From a virus (taxonomy: Duplodnaviria; Caudoviricetes): DNA of 64,000 nt. Position numbers and translations under genes: made by a program. The stretch spans positions 1 through 64,000 of the IMG/VR virus record IMGVR_UViG_3300020577_014401; one strand, written 5' to 3'. Below, piece after piece: positions 1 to 9,526 of this stretch. Under the pieces are notes generated by a model. That model did not search any database. It saw nothing but the letters and a program-made list of their open reading frames with translations, and was not told the DNA's origin. Each line of letters begins with the position of its first letter. Within the stretch, counting starts at the first letter, position 1.

Positions 1-1248
1 AGAGAACTGCAACAATGGAACTGCACGATTCTTCGACCCGGCTCCTGCCCGGCGTGACAAGGCCGTGCAGGGCCTGAGAGAACTGCAACGTAGACGTCGT
101 ACGCACCGAGGGACATGTCCGCGGGTGACAAGGCCGTGCAGGGCCTGAAAAGAACTGCAACATAGCTCTGCTCGGCGAATCACGGATGAATGGCCGCGTG
201 ACAAGGCCGTGCAGGGCCTGAAAGAACTGCAACGGGAGGCGATGCGGTCCGGGCATTACCGGCTGAACCGGAAGCGACAAGGCCGTGCAGGGCCTGAGAG
301 AACTGCAACATTCCACCAGACCGGAAGAGAGGTACCACTACGTCCGGTGACAAGGCCGTGCAGGGCCTGAAAGAACTGCAACTCGCTACTCTAAGGTAAG
401 CAACATGACGCATTCGAGTGACAAGGCCGTGCAGGGCCTGAAAGAACTGCGACACCTACCGGGCGGACCAAGTCCCCCTCGATGACATTGTGACAAGGCC
501 GTGCAGGGCCTGAAAGAACTGTAACTCTCAGCATCCCGACGATCCCGGATTGGGTCGTTCAAGTGACAAGGCCGTGCAGGGCCTGAAAGAACTGCAACCG
601 CGCCTGGAAGGTACCAGGCCCAGATCATCAGCCAGTGACAAGGCCGTGCAGGGCCTGAAAGAACTGCAACTTCATCACACTCGATGACGATCTCATTGTG
701 AGCGAAGGGTGACAAGGCCGTGCAGGGCCTGAGAGAACTGCAACTTCCAGCCCCTCTCTAGAACATCCTCAAGCGGATCCGTGACAAGGCCGTGCAGGGC
801 CTGAAAGAACTGCAACACTGCGGGATTGGACTTATGGCCACATCGCTGAGTCGGGTGACAAGGCCGTGCAGGGCCTCAGAAAACTGCAACTAGTAGTATT
901 CCCGCCAGTTGTCGCGATTCTCCCATGACAAGGCCGTGCAGGGCCTGAAAAGAACTGCAACTCCGGTCGCGATCGTGTGCGGTTCCCCGCCACAGCATTG
1001 TGACAAGGCCGTGCAGGGCCTGAAAAACTGCAATCGGATCGGCTGGTACCGCCGCGAGGGGGGTTTCGTGGTGACAAGGCCGTGCAGGGCCTGAGAGAAC
1101 TGCAACGTCCACTCGGCGCCTCGGTCATCGTCACCGACGTCAGTGACAAGGCCGTGCAGGGCCTGAGAGAACTGCAACACGCGGCGATGAATTGAACTTG
1201 TGCGCCGCCTAGCGACAAGGCCGTGCAGGGCCTGAAAAGAACTGCAAT
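1..1248 (+). CRISPR. CRISPR array, truncated at the left edge; 17 complete repeats plus 1 partial; consensus GTGACAAGGCCGTGCAGGGCCTGA(A/G)AGAACTGCAAC (35-37 bp); spacers ~33-40 bp
   Basis: Repeats start at 54,125,198,274,347,418,490,563,635,709,781,855,925,1000,1071,1143,1212, separated by unique spacers. Internal hairpin AGGCC-gtgcag-GGCCT. The GCAAC 3' end and degenerate last repeat suggest + orientation with the leader outside the window. Confidence 0.97.
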
Positions 1249-1295
1249 TTGCAAACCCTCGCCATCCGATCTCACCAGCAACAGGAGTAGACTGA

Positions 1296-1544
1296 ATGGA
1301 ACGACTCAAACCGCTCAAGAACATCGTCAACAACGCATTCAGGTGGGGGATCGATGACCTGGCCAAGAAACTCGGTGTCGACGCGGAGAGCACGGGCCGG
1401 CCGGAGTTCAGCCACCTGACGAAGACCTGGAACACGTTCAACACGATCGCCGACGCGATTCGCAGTCTCGACGACAGGACTCTCGAGGTTCTGACCGCCG
1501 ATCCTTCTCCGGAGGACTGTCCGGAAATCCCCGACGGTATCTGA
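1296..1544 (+). CDS. hypothetical protein (82 aa)
   Basis: AGGAG SD upstream of ATG; protein-like composition. Confidence 0.7.
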   Translation: MERLKPLKNIVNNAFRWGIDDLAKKLGVDAESTGRPEFSHLTKTWNTFNTIADAIRSLDDRTLEVLTADPSPEDCPEIPDGI

Positions 1545-1547
1545 CGC

Positions 1548-1856
1548 ATGGCCAATGAAGAACACTCCAGGGGTCGAAGAGCGAACAATCCGGATCCGAT
1601 GACCAAGTTCGAGGACAAGTGGATCCTGGCCGTTCCGGTTGACCCGTGGACCGAGCCGGCCGCGATCTCGCAACGGCAACGGAACGACGTCGGCAAGGCG
1701 TTCGCCAAGTTGAAACGCAGGTTGAAGAGGCCGCCGACAGTCGAAGAGTTGGTCGACGAGGTGATGCTCCCGGGCTCGGTGGTCGTCCGCAGGTTGGCGG
1801 AGCTCGACAAGACGCCGTCGCCGCCCGCACCGGCGGCGGAAGCGCCGAAGGGATGA
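1548..1856 (+). CDS. small putative HTH DNA-binding protein
   Basis: LKRPPTVEELVDEVMLPGSVVVRRLAEL resembles a helix-turn-helix (sigma region 3/LexA-N-like); terminator follows. Confidence 0.55.
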   Translation: MANEEHSRGRRANNPDPMTKFEDKWILAVPVDPWTEPAAISQRQRNDVGKAFAKLKRRLKRPPTVEELVDEVMLPGSVVVRRLAELDKTPSPPAPAAEAPKG

Positions 1857-1858
1857 CC

Positions 1859-1892
1859 GGCCGGGCGGCTGAAACCGCCCGGCCTTTTTCTT
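1859..1892 (+). terminator. rho-independent terminator
   Basis: GGCCGGGCGG-ctgaaa-CCGCCCGGCC followed by TTTTTCTT. Confidence 0.85.
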
Positions 1893-1981
1893 AGCCATCG
1901 CACAATCGTCTGGCACACCAACTTCCGATTCGGATAGACTCTGGCTGGTTCTCCGCGAATATCCGGCTATCGGGACCGTCC

Positions 1982-4477
1982 ATGCGACCCAACGACCTGC
2001 CCCAGGATGGTGATCTGTTGCTGTGCTTCGCGCTCGGCGCCCGGGCGGGCAAGTATTTCCCGAAACAGGCTAATGTCCCGCCGGAGTTCAACGAGATCCC
2101 GTCTGGGTTGACTCACGTACCCGACAACCATCGGGCGATCGAGATCACCCCTGGCCTGATTCCTGCTTCGATGGGCGGCATGTTCGGAGCGGCCGCGGCC
2201 AGTCCGCTGATCCCGATCGCTGCTTTGGGAGGTGCCGCGTTCGGGGCGCTGAAGTCGAGGCCCGGTCAAGCCGTGAATGACATTGCGAAAGGCACGATGA
2301 CCGGCCTGACCGGCGGGCTCGGGGGCGCCGCTGGCGCCGCTTTGGGGGGCGCTATCGGATCGCAATACCAGGGCGACCCGGTTACCGGCCTTCTCGTCGG
2401 TAGCGGAGTCGGCGGCCTGGGGGGGCTCATCGGCGGGCTGCATCTCGGCAATCGGGTCCTCAAAACTCCGGCTGATCGCGAGCAAGCGGTCACCAAGCAA
2501 TCCGACTTCCTCAGCTCCGCCCAGGACGGTCTCAACCAAGCTGGTGACTGGCTCAACCAGAACGCCATCCAACCAGGGGTCGCGGCGTTCAACAAGCACG
2601 TCACCGACCCGATTTCGAACCGCGCCAGGACGAACCTGGGGATCCCGGAAGGCGGTTTCCAGGGGTTCATGGAACGCAACCCGTGGGCGATCGCACCGAT
2701 CATCGGCGGTGGCATCGGCGCCGGGGTCGGTCTGCTCGGGAGCGGGGGCAAGAAACGCAAGGACGTTCTCGGTTCGGTGCTTCGCGGCGGTCTCTTGGGT
2801 GCCGGTGCCGGCGGTCTCGCGTGGGGTGCCCGCGAGCTCTTCGGCGGCAACCAGGCGCAACCACCCGCGCAGGAGACTCAGAAAACCATCCCGGAAGCCC
2901 CGAAGAACGTCACGCCCGGCGCCGATCTCCGTGCCGAGAAGCCTGAACTGAATCTTTTGCAACGAAAGAAGACAGTGACGGACTCGTGGGGCAACTCCGG
3001 ACAAACCAATGCGTTCGTGGACGGTCCGCTTCAGGCCGCCAAGAACCAGTACGCCACGTTGCGCATGGGCGGCAACATCGATGCCGCCAGTGGCAAGGCT
3101 TACGACGACGCGTACCGGGCGGTCACGAACGCCGAGGCCAATCAGGACTGGGAGGCGGCGGCGCAATACGCCAAGAAACTTCAGGAACTGAACGATTTTC
3201 ACAGCAACTTGATCGGTAACAACCTGAAAGCCCCGAACGTCCAAGACGTGGTTTCCGGGCTTGGTTCCGGACTCGTACCTGGCTTCGGCGGGATCGCTGG
3301 GGCGGCCGGTCAACTAGGCTCGGCAGCCAGGCCCGGTCCGGCCCCGTCGAATTTCAGTTTGTTCGGCCGACCCATTACTCGGGGGGCTGACGGACTTACG
3401 CCGTCTGCTCCTGATGCTCAACCCCAAAGCATGGTTGACTTCGCCAAGCAACTCCGTCCGGAAGTCGAGGCCAACAGCCAGGCGGTCAACGAAGCCGACC
3501 CGAGTGCCATGGGGCAAGTCCCGTGGTACCGATCGGCGGCCGGGAGGAGGTCGCTTGAGACGGCCGGTCTCGGCGGGCTGCTTGGCCGCGGCAGCCAGTT
3601 GGCCGCGAACGCCACTGGTACCCGCATCGGGCCCGACGCCCGGTACTACAACCAACTCGAGAAGGGTGTCACTTCTCCGGCTCCGACCCGTGGTCTGCTC
3701 GGTCAACCGCTCCGCCTTATGGACGCCGCCACAAGGATCGGGCCGGAACAGGCCAACCAAAAGGCGTTGACCCAGATCGCGTCGGTGCTGAACAGCGGGG
3801 CGACCGGCAAGTTTGTGACCCCCGATGAAGTCGGCCAAGCGCTTCGCGATCCGAACCACGCACTTCGACCCAGCGTGGTCGGTGCGATCCGAGGTTTGGG
3901 GGGTCGGACGGGCGAAGGCGTCCTCCCGGTTGCGGCTCCCGATCGATTCGATCTCCGCCCGGCCGCTGACAATCCCCTTTTCCTGAAGAGTCTCCAGGAG
4001 CGCCTGGTGAAGCCGCCGTCGAAAGCCATGGCGCAACAGCAAATCGATGATCTTCGTGAGCAGCTTCGGGGGAACATTCCGATGAAACCGGAAACGATGA
4101 AGTTGCTCACTGCTCCCGACGGACCGTTCGGAAGGGCGGCGCACAACGCCAAACTCCTGCCGCCGAGCGGCAAGTTTGGTCCGTCGTTGCCGATCCACGG
4201 CCCGACTCATGCGACTACGCCGATGGAGCTCTTGAAGAAGAACACCCTCGGCCGGCTCAAGTCCCCGACCGCCTTGGGTATGCTCGCCGGCGGTCTGACG
4301 CCGAGCATCCAAGCCTACGCCAGTGGTGAACGGACCAAGAACACGCTCAGCGAACTCTTGAGCGGCTCTGCCCCCGGCGCACACGACCTGGGCGACCCGA
4401 AAGTTCAGCAACGGCTCCTCGAATGGTTCCGTCAGCGCCAACCGAGCGCCGATGAACGTGAAGCTCAGTTGCGATAA
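1982..4477 (+). CDS. glycine-zipper-rich putative internal virion/ejection protein (831 aa)
   Basis: Several GxxxG hydrophobic segments (GLTGGLGGAAGAALGG, IIGGGIGAGVGLLG); directly upstream of the prohead protease. Confidence 0.6.
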   Translation: MRPNDLPQDGDLLLCFALGARAGKYFPKQANVPPEFNEIPSGLTHVPDNHRAIEITPGLIPASMGGMFGAAAASPLIPIAALGGAAFGALKSRPGQAVNDIAKGTMTGLTGGLGGAAGAALGGAIGSQYQGDPVTGLLVGSGVGGLGGLIGGLHLGNRVLKTPADREQAVTKQSDFLSSAQDGLNQAGDWLNQNAIQPGVAAFNKHVTDPISNRARTNLGIPEGGFQGFMERNPWAIAPIIGGGIGAGVGLLGSGGKKRKDVLGSVLRGGLLGAGAGGLAWGARELFGGNQAQPPAQETQKTIPEAPKNVTPGADLRAEKPELNLLQRKKTVTDSWGNSGQTNAFVDGPLQAAKNQYATLRMGGNIDAASGKAYDDAYRAVTNAEANQDWEAAAQYAKKLQELNDFHSNLIGNNLKAPNVQDVVSGLGSGLVPGFGGIAGAAGQLGSAARPGPAPSNFSLFGRPITRGADGLTPSAPDAQPQSMVDFAKQLRPEVEANSQAVNEADPSAMGQVPWYRSAAGRRSLETAGLGGLLGRGSQLAANATGTRIGPDARYYNQLEKGVTSPAPTRGLLGQPLRLMDAATRIGPEQANQKALTQIASVLNSGATGKFVTPDEVGQALRDPNHALRPSVVGAIRGLGGRTGEGVLPVAAPDRFDLRPAADNPLFLKSLQERLVKPPSKAMAQQQIDDLREQLRGNIPMKPETMKLLTAPDGPFGRAAHNAKLLPPSGKFGPSLPIHGPTHATTPMELLKKNTLGRLKSPTALGMLAGGLTPSIQAYASGERTKNTLSELLSGSAPGAHDLGDPKVQQRLLEWFRQRQPSADEREAQLR

Positions 4478-4491
4478 CCCCGAGGCTGATC

Positions 4492-7400
4492 GTGTCGATG
4501 ACCAAGAACATCCCGCCCGGCGCCTGGCCGGGCTTGTCCGATCAGATCCAGCTCGAGGCGGTGAAGATCGCCTCGTCCGGTCTGCGGGGCAACGACTTCA
4601 CCGAGTTCGCGAAGCGGGCCAGCCACCCGCTCGCGACGTGGGTGCGGGGCTACAAGCCGCTGCCCGGCGAGTACGTCGCTCACCTGCTCGCGCTTGGATC
4701 AACCGAGAAAGTCGGGCAAAACCGCAACGCGGACGCTTACGGCGAGGCGATGCTCGAACGCGACCACCCGACGTTCGAGAAGCTCGCTCGTGTCTACCTG
4801 AACCACTGCTTCGCGCCCGACACCGAGGTCGTTCTCGGCGACCGTCGCCGCGTCCGCATCGACACGATTTCGAGTGGCGATCAGGTTATGACACCTGACG
4901 GCCCGAAACGTGTCAGCGACGTCTACGTCAACCGTTATTGCGGCACCATTCTTCATTTCAAATTGGAGGGTCTTCCGAAACGGCTGACTGCGACTCCGAA
5001 CCACCCGATTTTCGCCATTCGGAGAGAGTCGCTGTTCACGAAGCATGGGTACTGCCGGCTCAACACCGGAACTAGCGGCTCGAGGAGTCGCGACTGGGAT
5101 CGGCCGGTGGAGGGCGACTACGTTCAAGCTGGCGAACTGCTCCCCGGAGACTATGTCGCCATCCCGCTGCCGAAACTCGGCGGCGAACCCATCGACCGTA
5201 ACTTCGCTGAATTGGTCGGCTATGTCGCTGCTGATGGCAGCATCCACGACAACGGCGCCGTTCAATTCACTCTCAAGCGATCCCGCAAGATCTCCGCCAT
5301 CGAGAGCCTGGCTGACCGGCTCGGGGTCGCGCTGAGTAAGCGTCGCCGCAGTGATGATGGATGCTGGGCCATCAGTTTTTCGAACCAAGAGCTCGCCACC
5401 AAGCTCAGAAAGTTCATCACTGGAACCGACACTGAAAAGACACTCACGGAGGAAGTGTTCAAACTCGATGCCGATTCGATCCAGAGGATCATTGGCGCCT
5501 TCATTGATGGGGACGGGAACTTTTCAAAGAACAATCGCGGCCTTATCCGCATTCGATCGTCCAGCCCGGCAATGCGTTCGTCGCTGTGTGACTGCATTCG
5601 CGCGCTCGGAGTTCCGTGCTCGGTCCAGATCGATTCCCCCCGCCACACGATGCGAGGTCTGGGGAAGTACCGGAACAGGGTGTACCAGACCAACGAAAGC
5701 GGCTGCGTCAACATCTCCAACCGGTACGCGTCGATCGTTGCGAAATACGCGACGACCAAGGTCGACTACCCGGAGAAAATGAAAACGATGCCGACGATCT
5801 GGGGTAATTTCCAGATCGTCAAAGTGACTTCTCGCGACGAATCCGATTACGACGGTATGGTCTACAATCTGAAAGTTCCCGGTCCGGAGAGCTATTTGGC
5901 CGGGGAAATTCTGGTTCACAACTGTAACCGCGACCCCAAGCAGAGCTACGGGGTCGTCAAGAAGTCGCATTTCGACAAGCAGTTGGGTCGTGTCGAACTC
6001 ATCATCGCTCTCAACGCCACCAAGGAAGCCGCCGACCGGAACGAAGGCCTCGTCGCCGAACGGACGTTGAACAAGCTCGCGAACAACATCGACGTCGCGG
6101 TCAGCCAATCCTGCTTCGTGCCCGGATCGAGGGTGTGGACCGACACCTATCGGTTCATGCCGATCGAAAACGTGGCGATCGGGCAGAAGCTCACCAGCCA
6201 CCACGGTAACGTCGGGACGGTCAACGCACTGATTCCCAAACACCATGACGGCGAAGTCGTCCGTTTTCGCGCTGTCGGTTTGCCGGACCCGGTCGTCTGC
6301 ACGCCCGATCATAAGATCTGGACCAGGCCCACGGCTAAGGGTAAGACCCCCAAATGCCCGGTCTGTGGCGGGCAATTCAAGTCGCTCAACGCGCATCTCT
6401 GGCAGAAGAAGGACCCCCAACATCAGCGGGCACTCCGTGACTACGGGCGTGCCGCTGAAGGTTGGACGCGAGCTGAAGATCTGGTTGTCGGTGACTTTGT
6501 GCGGACGCCCTTCGATACGCAGATCGAAGAGCCCGGTGACGCTGTTTACGCGGAGCTCCTCGGCTATTACCTCTCTGAAGGATGTACGTGGGAATACTCC
6601 CGTTTCGCTAAAGGCGGTCGGGATTGTTACAAGGGCGTCGATTTCATCTTCTCCCGCAGCGAAGACGACACATTCGTGGCGAGAACGGTCGAACTCTGCA
6701 AGCAGCTCGGCTACACCAAGATCTCGTTGCGTCGGCAACAATCCAGGCCGAATACCACGACAGTCCGGGTCTCGAGCGCTGAACTGGCCCGTCGGCTGCT
6801 GGCTGACGGTGGTCGATATTCCTACGGCAAGGAGATCGCCGACCGGATCATGCGATGGTCGCCCGAAGTGCAACTCAAGATCGTCGCCCGTTTCATGGAT
6901 GGAGACGGCAACTGGAACCCGATCAACGAAATTTTGTCCGGTACTACCGTCTCCGAGCGGCTCGCCTACCAACTGGCGGCGATCTGCTGGAGGAACAATA
7001 TCCCGGCCAATATCACCACCGTCCGCAAACCGAAGGGCGGCCGCCGGCAGAGTTACACAATCGCAATCTCACAGCGGTACGCCTCGGCAGTCGGCTCCGA
7101 CAAGGTGCCCGCCGACCATACGCCGATCACGCACAGCCCGACTGTTCTCGGGCACTTGCGATTTCAACAAGCCGGGGGCGTTTCCGTCCGGGCTACAGCC
7201 GCTCTGCAGACGTACATCGAGAGCGGGTTTGTTTACCGAAGGATTCGCAAGATCTCTCGCGAGGAATACTGCGGGCCGGTCTACGATCTTTCCGTCCCTG
7301 GCGACACCTCATACACGGTCTCTGGAATCGGGGTGTCCAACTGCTTCGTGCCCGGTGACCATTGCACGAGCTGCGATCACTTCGCTCGCAACCGTTCCGA

Positions 7401-8253
7401 GTATTGCGGCCCGCAGAACTGCAAGTACGGCGGTTGCCGGGACAACCTGGGACGCGTCTTCGACGACGGGTTCCAGCTCGGTGTCGACAACCGCGACTGC
7501 AAGTTCTTCGACATCTCCGACGTCAGTGACACCCGTGGCGCCGACCGGACCGCGTTCATCACCGGCAAGGTCGCTGAAGTCGAACGGACCATCGGCGGCG
7601 CCCAGCTTGCCGAGATGCTCGGCATCGTCGCCCCCGAGCACTTGCTCGACCCGAGAACCATCGCTGCGGCGTCGTCGCTTCGCAAGCTCGCCGCCATGGG
7701 CGCGCCCCAGCACGCCCCTGCGTCGTCGTGGGACGAGTGCCTGGCGGTCCGCGGGCGGAGGAACAACGGGTTCTGCAAAGCGGCGTCGTTCCCGAACGAC
7801 GACCACGGGCGCCACACCATGCTTTCGGAGTTGGCCGCCGACGGTGTGATCCTGCCGCCGTCGCGGTGGCTGGCCGCGATCACGGGCGGCCCCGTCGACA
7901 AGTGCGCGTCCGTCTTCGCCCGCGGAGTTTCGCCGCAGCGGTTGCTCGACCGCAGTGACCTCCACGACAAACTCGCCGAAGCGCAGTACGCCGACGATAG
8001 CCGGCTATCGTCGCCGGGGTCGTACGCGTGGATGTCGCCGACGCGGGCGGCTCACGGTGAAGAAAGCGCTTCGGCGGCGATCACCGGACCGGCGAAGATC
8101 GCTTCCACCCAGGCCCCGGCCAACGTGGTCGAGGAAGCTGAACTCCGCTACCTCGCCTACCAGGCCGGCGTGCTCGCCAAGCACGCTCATCGCCCCGAGT
8201 ACGGTGCGTTGCTCGCCGAGTGCGCGAGGCACAACACCGGCCTCACGGTCTGA
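4492..8253 (+). CDS. prohead maturation protease (HK97-gp4/assemblin-like, Cys-rich Zn loop) with two inteins
   Basis: Spliced extein reads VYLNH-CNRDPKQSYG...VAVSQS-CFVPGDHCTSC...FFDISDV...ADRTA, matching the NH / SxxC-CxxC / FFxxSxV pattern of large-myovirus head proteases; upstream of scaffold and capsid. Confidence 0.8.
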   Translation: MSMTKNIPPGAWPGLSDQIQLEAVKIASSGLRGNDFTEFAKRASHPLATWVRGYKPLPGEYVAHLLALGSTEKVGQNRNADAYGEAMLERDHPTFEKLARVYLNHCFAPDTEVVLGDRRRVRIDTISSGDQVMTPDGPKRVSDVYVNRYCGTILHFKLEGLPKRLTATPNHPIFAIRRESLFTKHGYCRLNTGTSGSRSRDWDRPVEGDYVQAGELLPGDYVAIPLPKLGGEPIDRNFAELVGYVAADGSIHDNGAVQFTLKRSRKISAIESLADRLGVALSKRRRSDDGCWAISFSNQELATKLRKFITGTDTEKTLTEEVFKLDADSIQRIIGAFIDGDGNFSKNNRGLIRIRSSSPAMRSSLCDCIRALGVPCSVQIDSPRHTMRGLGKYRNRVYQTNESGCVNISNRYASIVAKYATTKVDYPEKMKTMPTIWGNFQIVKVTSRDESDYDGMVYNLKVPGPESYLAGEILVHNCNRDPKQSYGVVKKSHFDKQLGRVELIIALNATKEAADRNEGLVAERTLNKLANNIDVAVSQSCFVPGSRVWTDTYRFMPIENVAIGQKLTSHHGNVGTVNALIPKHHDGEVVRFRAVGLPDPVVCTPDHKIWTRPTAKGKTPKCPVCGGQFKSLNAHLWQKKDPQHQRALRDYGRAAEGWTRAEDLVVGDFVRTPFDTQIEEPGDAVYAELLGYYLSEGCTWEYSRFAKGGRDCYKGVDFIFSRSEDDTFVARTVELCKQLGYTKISLRRQQSRPNTTTVRVSSAELARRLLADGGRYSYGKEIADRIMRWSPEVQLKIVARFMDGDGNWNPINEILSGTTVSERLAYQLAAICWRNNIPANITTVRKPKGGRRQSYTIAISQRYASAVGSDKVPADHTPITHSPTVLGHLRFQQAGGVSVRATAALQTYIESGFVYRRIRKISREEYCGPVYDLSVPGDTSYTVSGIGVSNCFVPGDHCTSCDHFARNRSEYCGPQNCKYGGCRDNLGRVFDDGFQLGVDNRDCKFFDISDVSDTRGADRTAFITGKVAEVERTIGGAQLAEMLGIVAPEHLLDPRTIAAASSLRKLAAMGAPQHAPASSWDECLAVRGRRNNGFCKAASFPNDDHGRHTMLSELAADGVILPPSRWLAAITGGPVDKCASVFARGVSPQRLLDRSDLHDKLAEAQYADDSRLSSPGSYAWMSPTRAAHGEESASAAITGPAKIASTQAPANVVEEAELRYLAYQAGVLAKHAHRPEYGALLAECARHNTGLTV
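4807..5922 (+). mobile_element. intein 1 with LAGLIDADG homing endonuclease (372 aa)
   Basis: Starts CFAPDT; block B TPNHPIF; LVGYVAADG and IGAFIDGDG motifs; ends VYNLKV...ILVHN followed by Cys. Confidence 0.92.
6112..7341 (+). mobile_element. intein 2 with LAGLIDADG endonuclease and C2H2-like Zn finger insert (410 aa)
   Basis: Starts CFVPGS; TPDHKIW; LLGYYLSEG and RFMDGDG motifs; ends VYDLSV...GIGVSN followed by Cys. Confidence 0.9.
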
Positions 8254-8350
8254 AAATCAGCAACAAAATTTCCAGATCCTGGAAATTTGCACTTGCGACC
8301 TTACGACGAACTTTGTCAATATCGCTTCTCGTCATCCAGGGATCTTCAAG

Positions 8351-9493
8351 ATGTCGGCAACCGCCACAGCCAAACCCCAGCGATTCGACTCGCTCCGCAA
8401 CTGGATCGCCGGGAACGGAAGCGTGTCGAAGGAAGCTGCGGCCCTCCCGGAACTCGAAGACGGCGGCAAGCCGGCGACCCAGGGGGCGCGGAGTTCCGAG
8501 AACGCGTCGGATGTCAAGAAAGTCGCCCCGCACGTCGGCGTCGAAACTGCCCCGGACAACCCCGAACACGGATCGGCCGACAAGCCGGTCCCCGAATCCG
8601 GTCTGATGCAGACCACGGTCGGGAAGATGCCCGAAGTCGAGCGGGCCGTGAAGGTGGTCACCGAAGAGAACGAGAAGGTCGCCGCCCTGAAGCTCGACAG
8701 CATGGACGACCTGGCCGCGGCCATCGCGTCCCTCGAAAAGAGTGCTTCGGCTCTCGGCCTGATCGCCACCGCGACGGCCGCCGCCGGGGCTTCCTCTGCT
8801 GCTCGGCCGGCCGCCCAACCGACACCGGCGGCGACCAATTCGCCCAAGTCTGCGGCCGCGACTTCCGCGCCCGCCGCCCAGCCGCCGCAAAACAACATCA
8901 CCCCCGAACAGCAGCAACTGGTCGCCGCTTACGCCAAGTTCGGCGCCGACCAGGCCGCGTTCTTGGGTGAGTTCCTCCGAGGCCAGGCCGAGACTCGCCA
9001 GTACCTGACCAAATGGGCCGCCGAAGGTGGCCTCGAAGAAGCCGAAGAGTCGCAGCCCGCCGCCGGCGGTGCCCCTGCGGATCAAGCCGCGATGGCCGCC
9101 CCCGGCGGCGACGCGGGCGCTCCCCCGGCGCCCGGCGGAGACCCGGCAGCCGCTGCCGGCGGCGCTGGTGGTGCCGGCGGTGGTACCCCGAGCCCGGAAG
9201 AGCTCGCGTCGGCCTGTGCCGAAATGGGTGTCGGCCCCGACGAACTCATGCAGGCCGCCCAGATCATGCAGCAGATGGTGTCCGGCGGAGCCGGTGCTTC
9301 GGTTCCGCCCGCCGACAAGGCCGCGGCGGAGAAGGAAGTTCAGCTGATGACGAAGCTGGCTTCTGAGACCAAGGACTTCGTCCGCAGCGGCAAGTTCCGC
9401 CTCAAGCCCGCGGCGGATGGCACCCCGGAACGCGCCCGCCGCGAGGTGGCCCGCTCCTACGTCGACGAGATGCTCCGCTTCGCCGGCAAGTAA
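8351..9493 (+). CDS. putative scaffolding protein (380 aa)
   Basis: Ala/Pro/Gly-rich low complexity, many K-x-A motifs, lies between protease and capsid; start reassigned to ATG 8351. Confidence 0.6.
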   Translation: MSATATAKPQRFDSLRNWIAGNGSVSKEAAALPELEDGGKPATQGARSSENASDVKKVAPHVGVETAPDNPEHGSADKPVPESGLMQTTVGKMPEVERAVKVVTEENEKVAALKLDSMDDLAAAIASLEKSASALGLIATATAAAGASSAARPAAQPTPAATNSPKSAAATSAPAAQPPQNNITPEQQQLVAAYAKFGADQAAFLGEFLRGQAETRQYLTKWAAEGGLEEAEESQPAAGGAPADQAAMAAPGGDAGAPPAPGGDPAAAAGGAGGAGGGTPSPEELASACAEMGVGPDELMQAAQIMQQMVSGGAGASVPPADKAAAEKEVQLMTKLASETKDFVRSGKFRLKPAADGTPERARREVARSYVDEMLRFAGK

Positions 9494-9526
9494 ACCGACG
9501 AACGAACCACGAACAATCGAGGCAAG

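Noticed and set aside
14-1211. Self-targeting spacers
   Set aside because: No match to the window noticed by eye; an exhaustive alignment is needed, so not claimed
180-1281. Minus- and plus-strand ORFs over the CRISPR array
   Set aside because: Translations of the repeat (FQALHGLV / SGPARPCH); not genes
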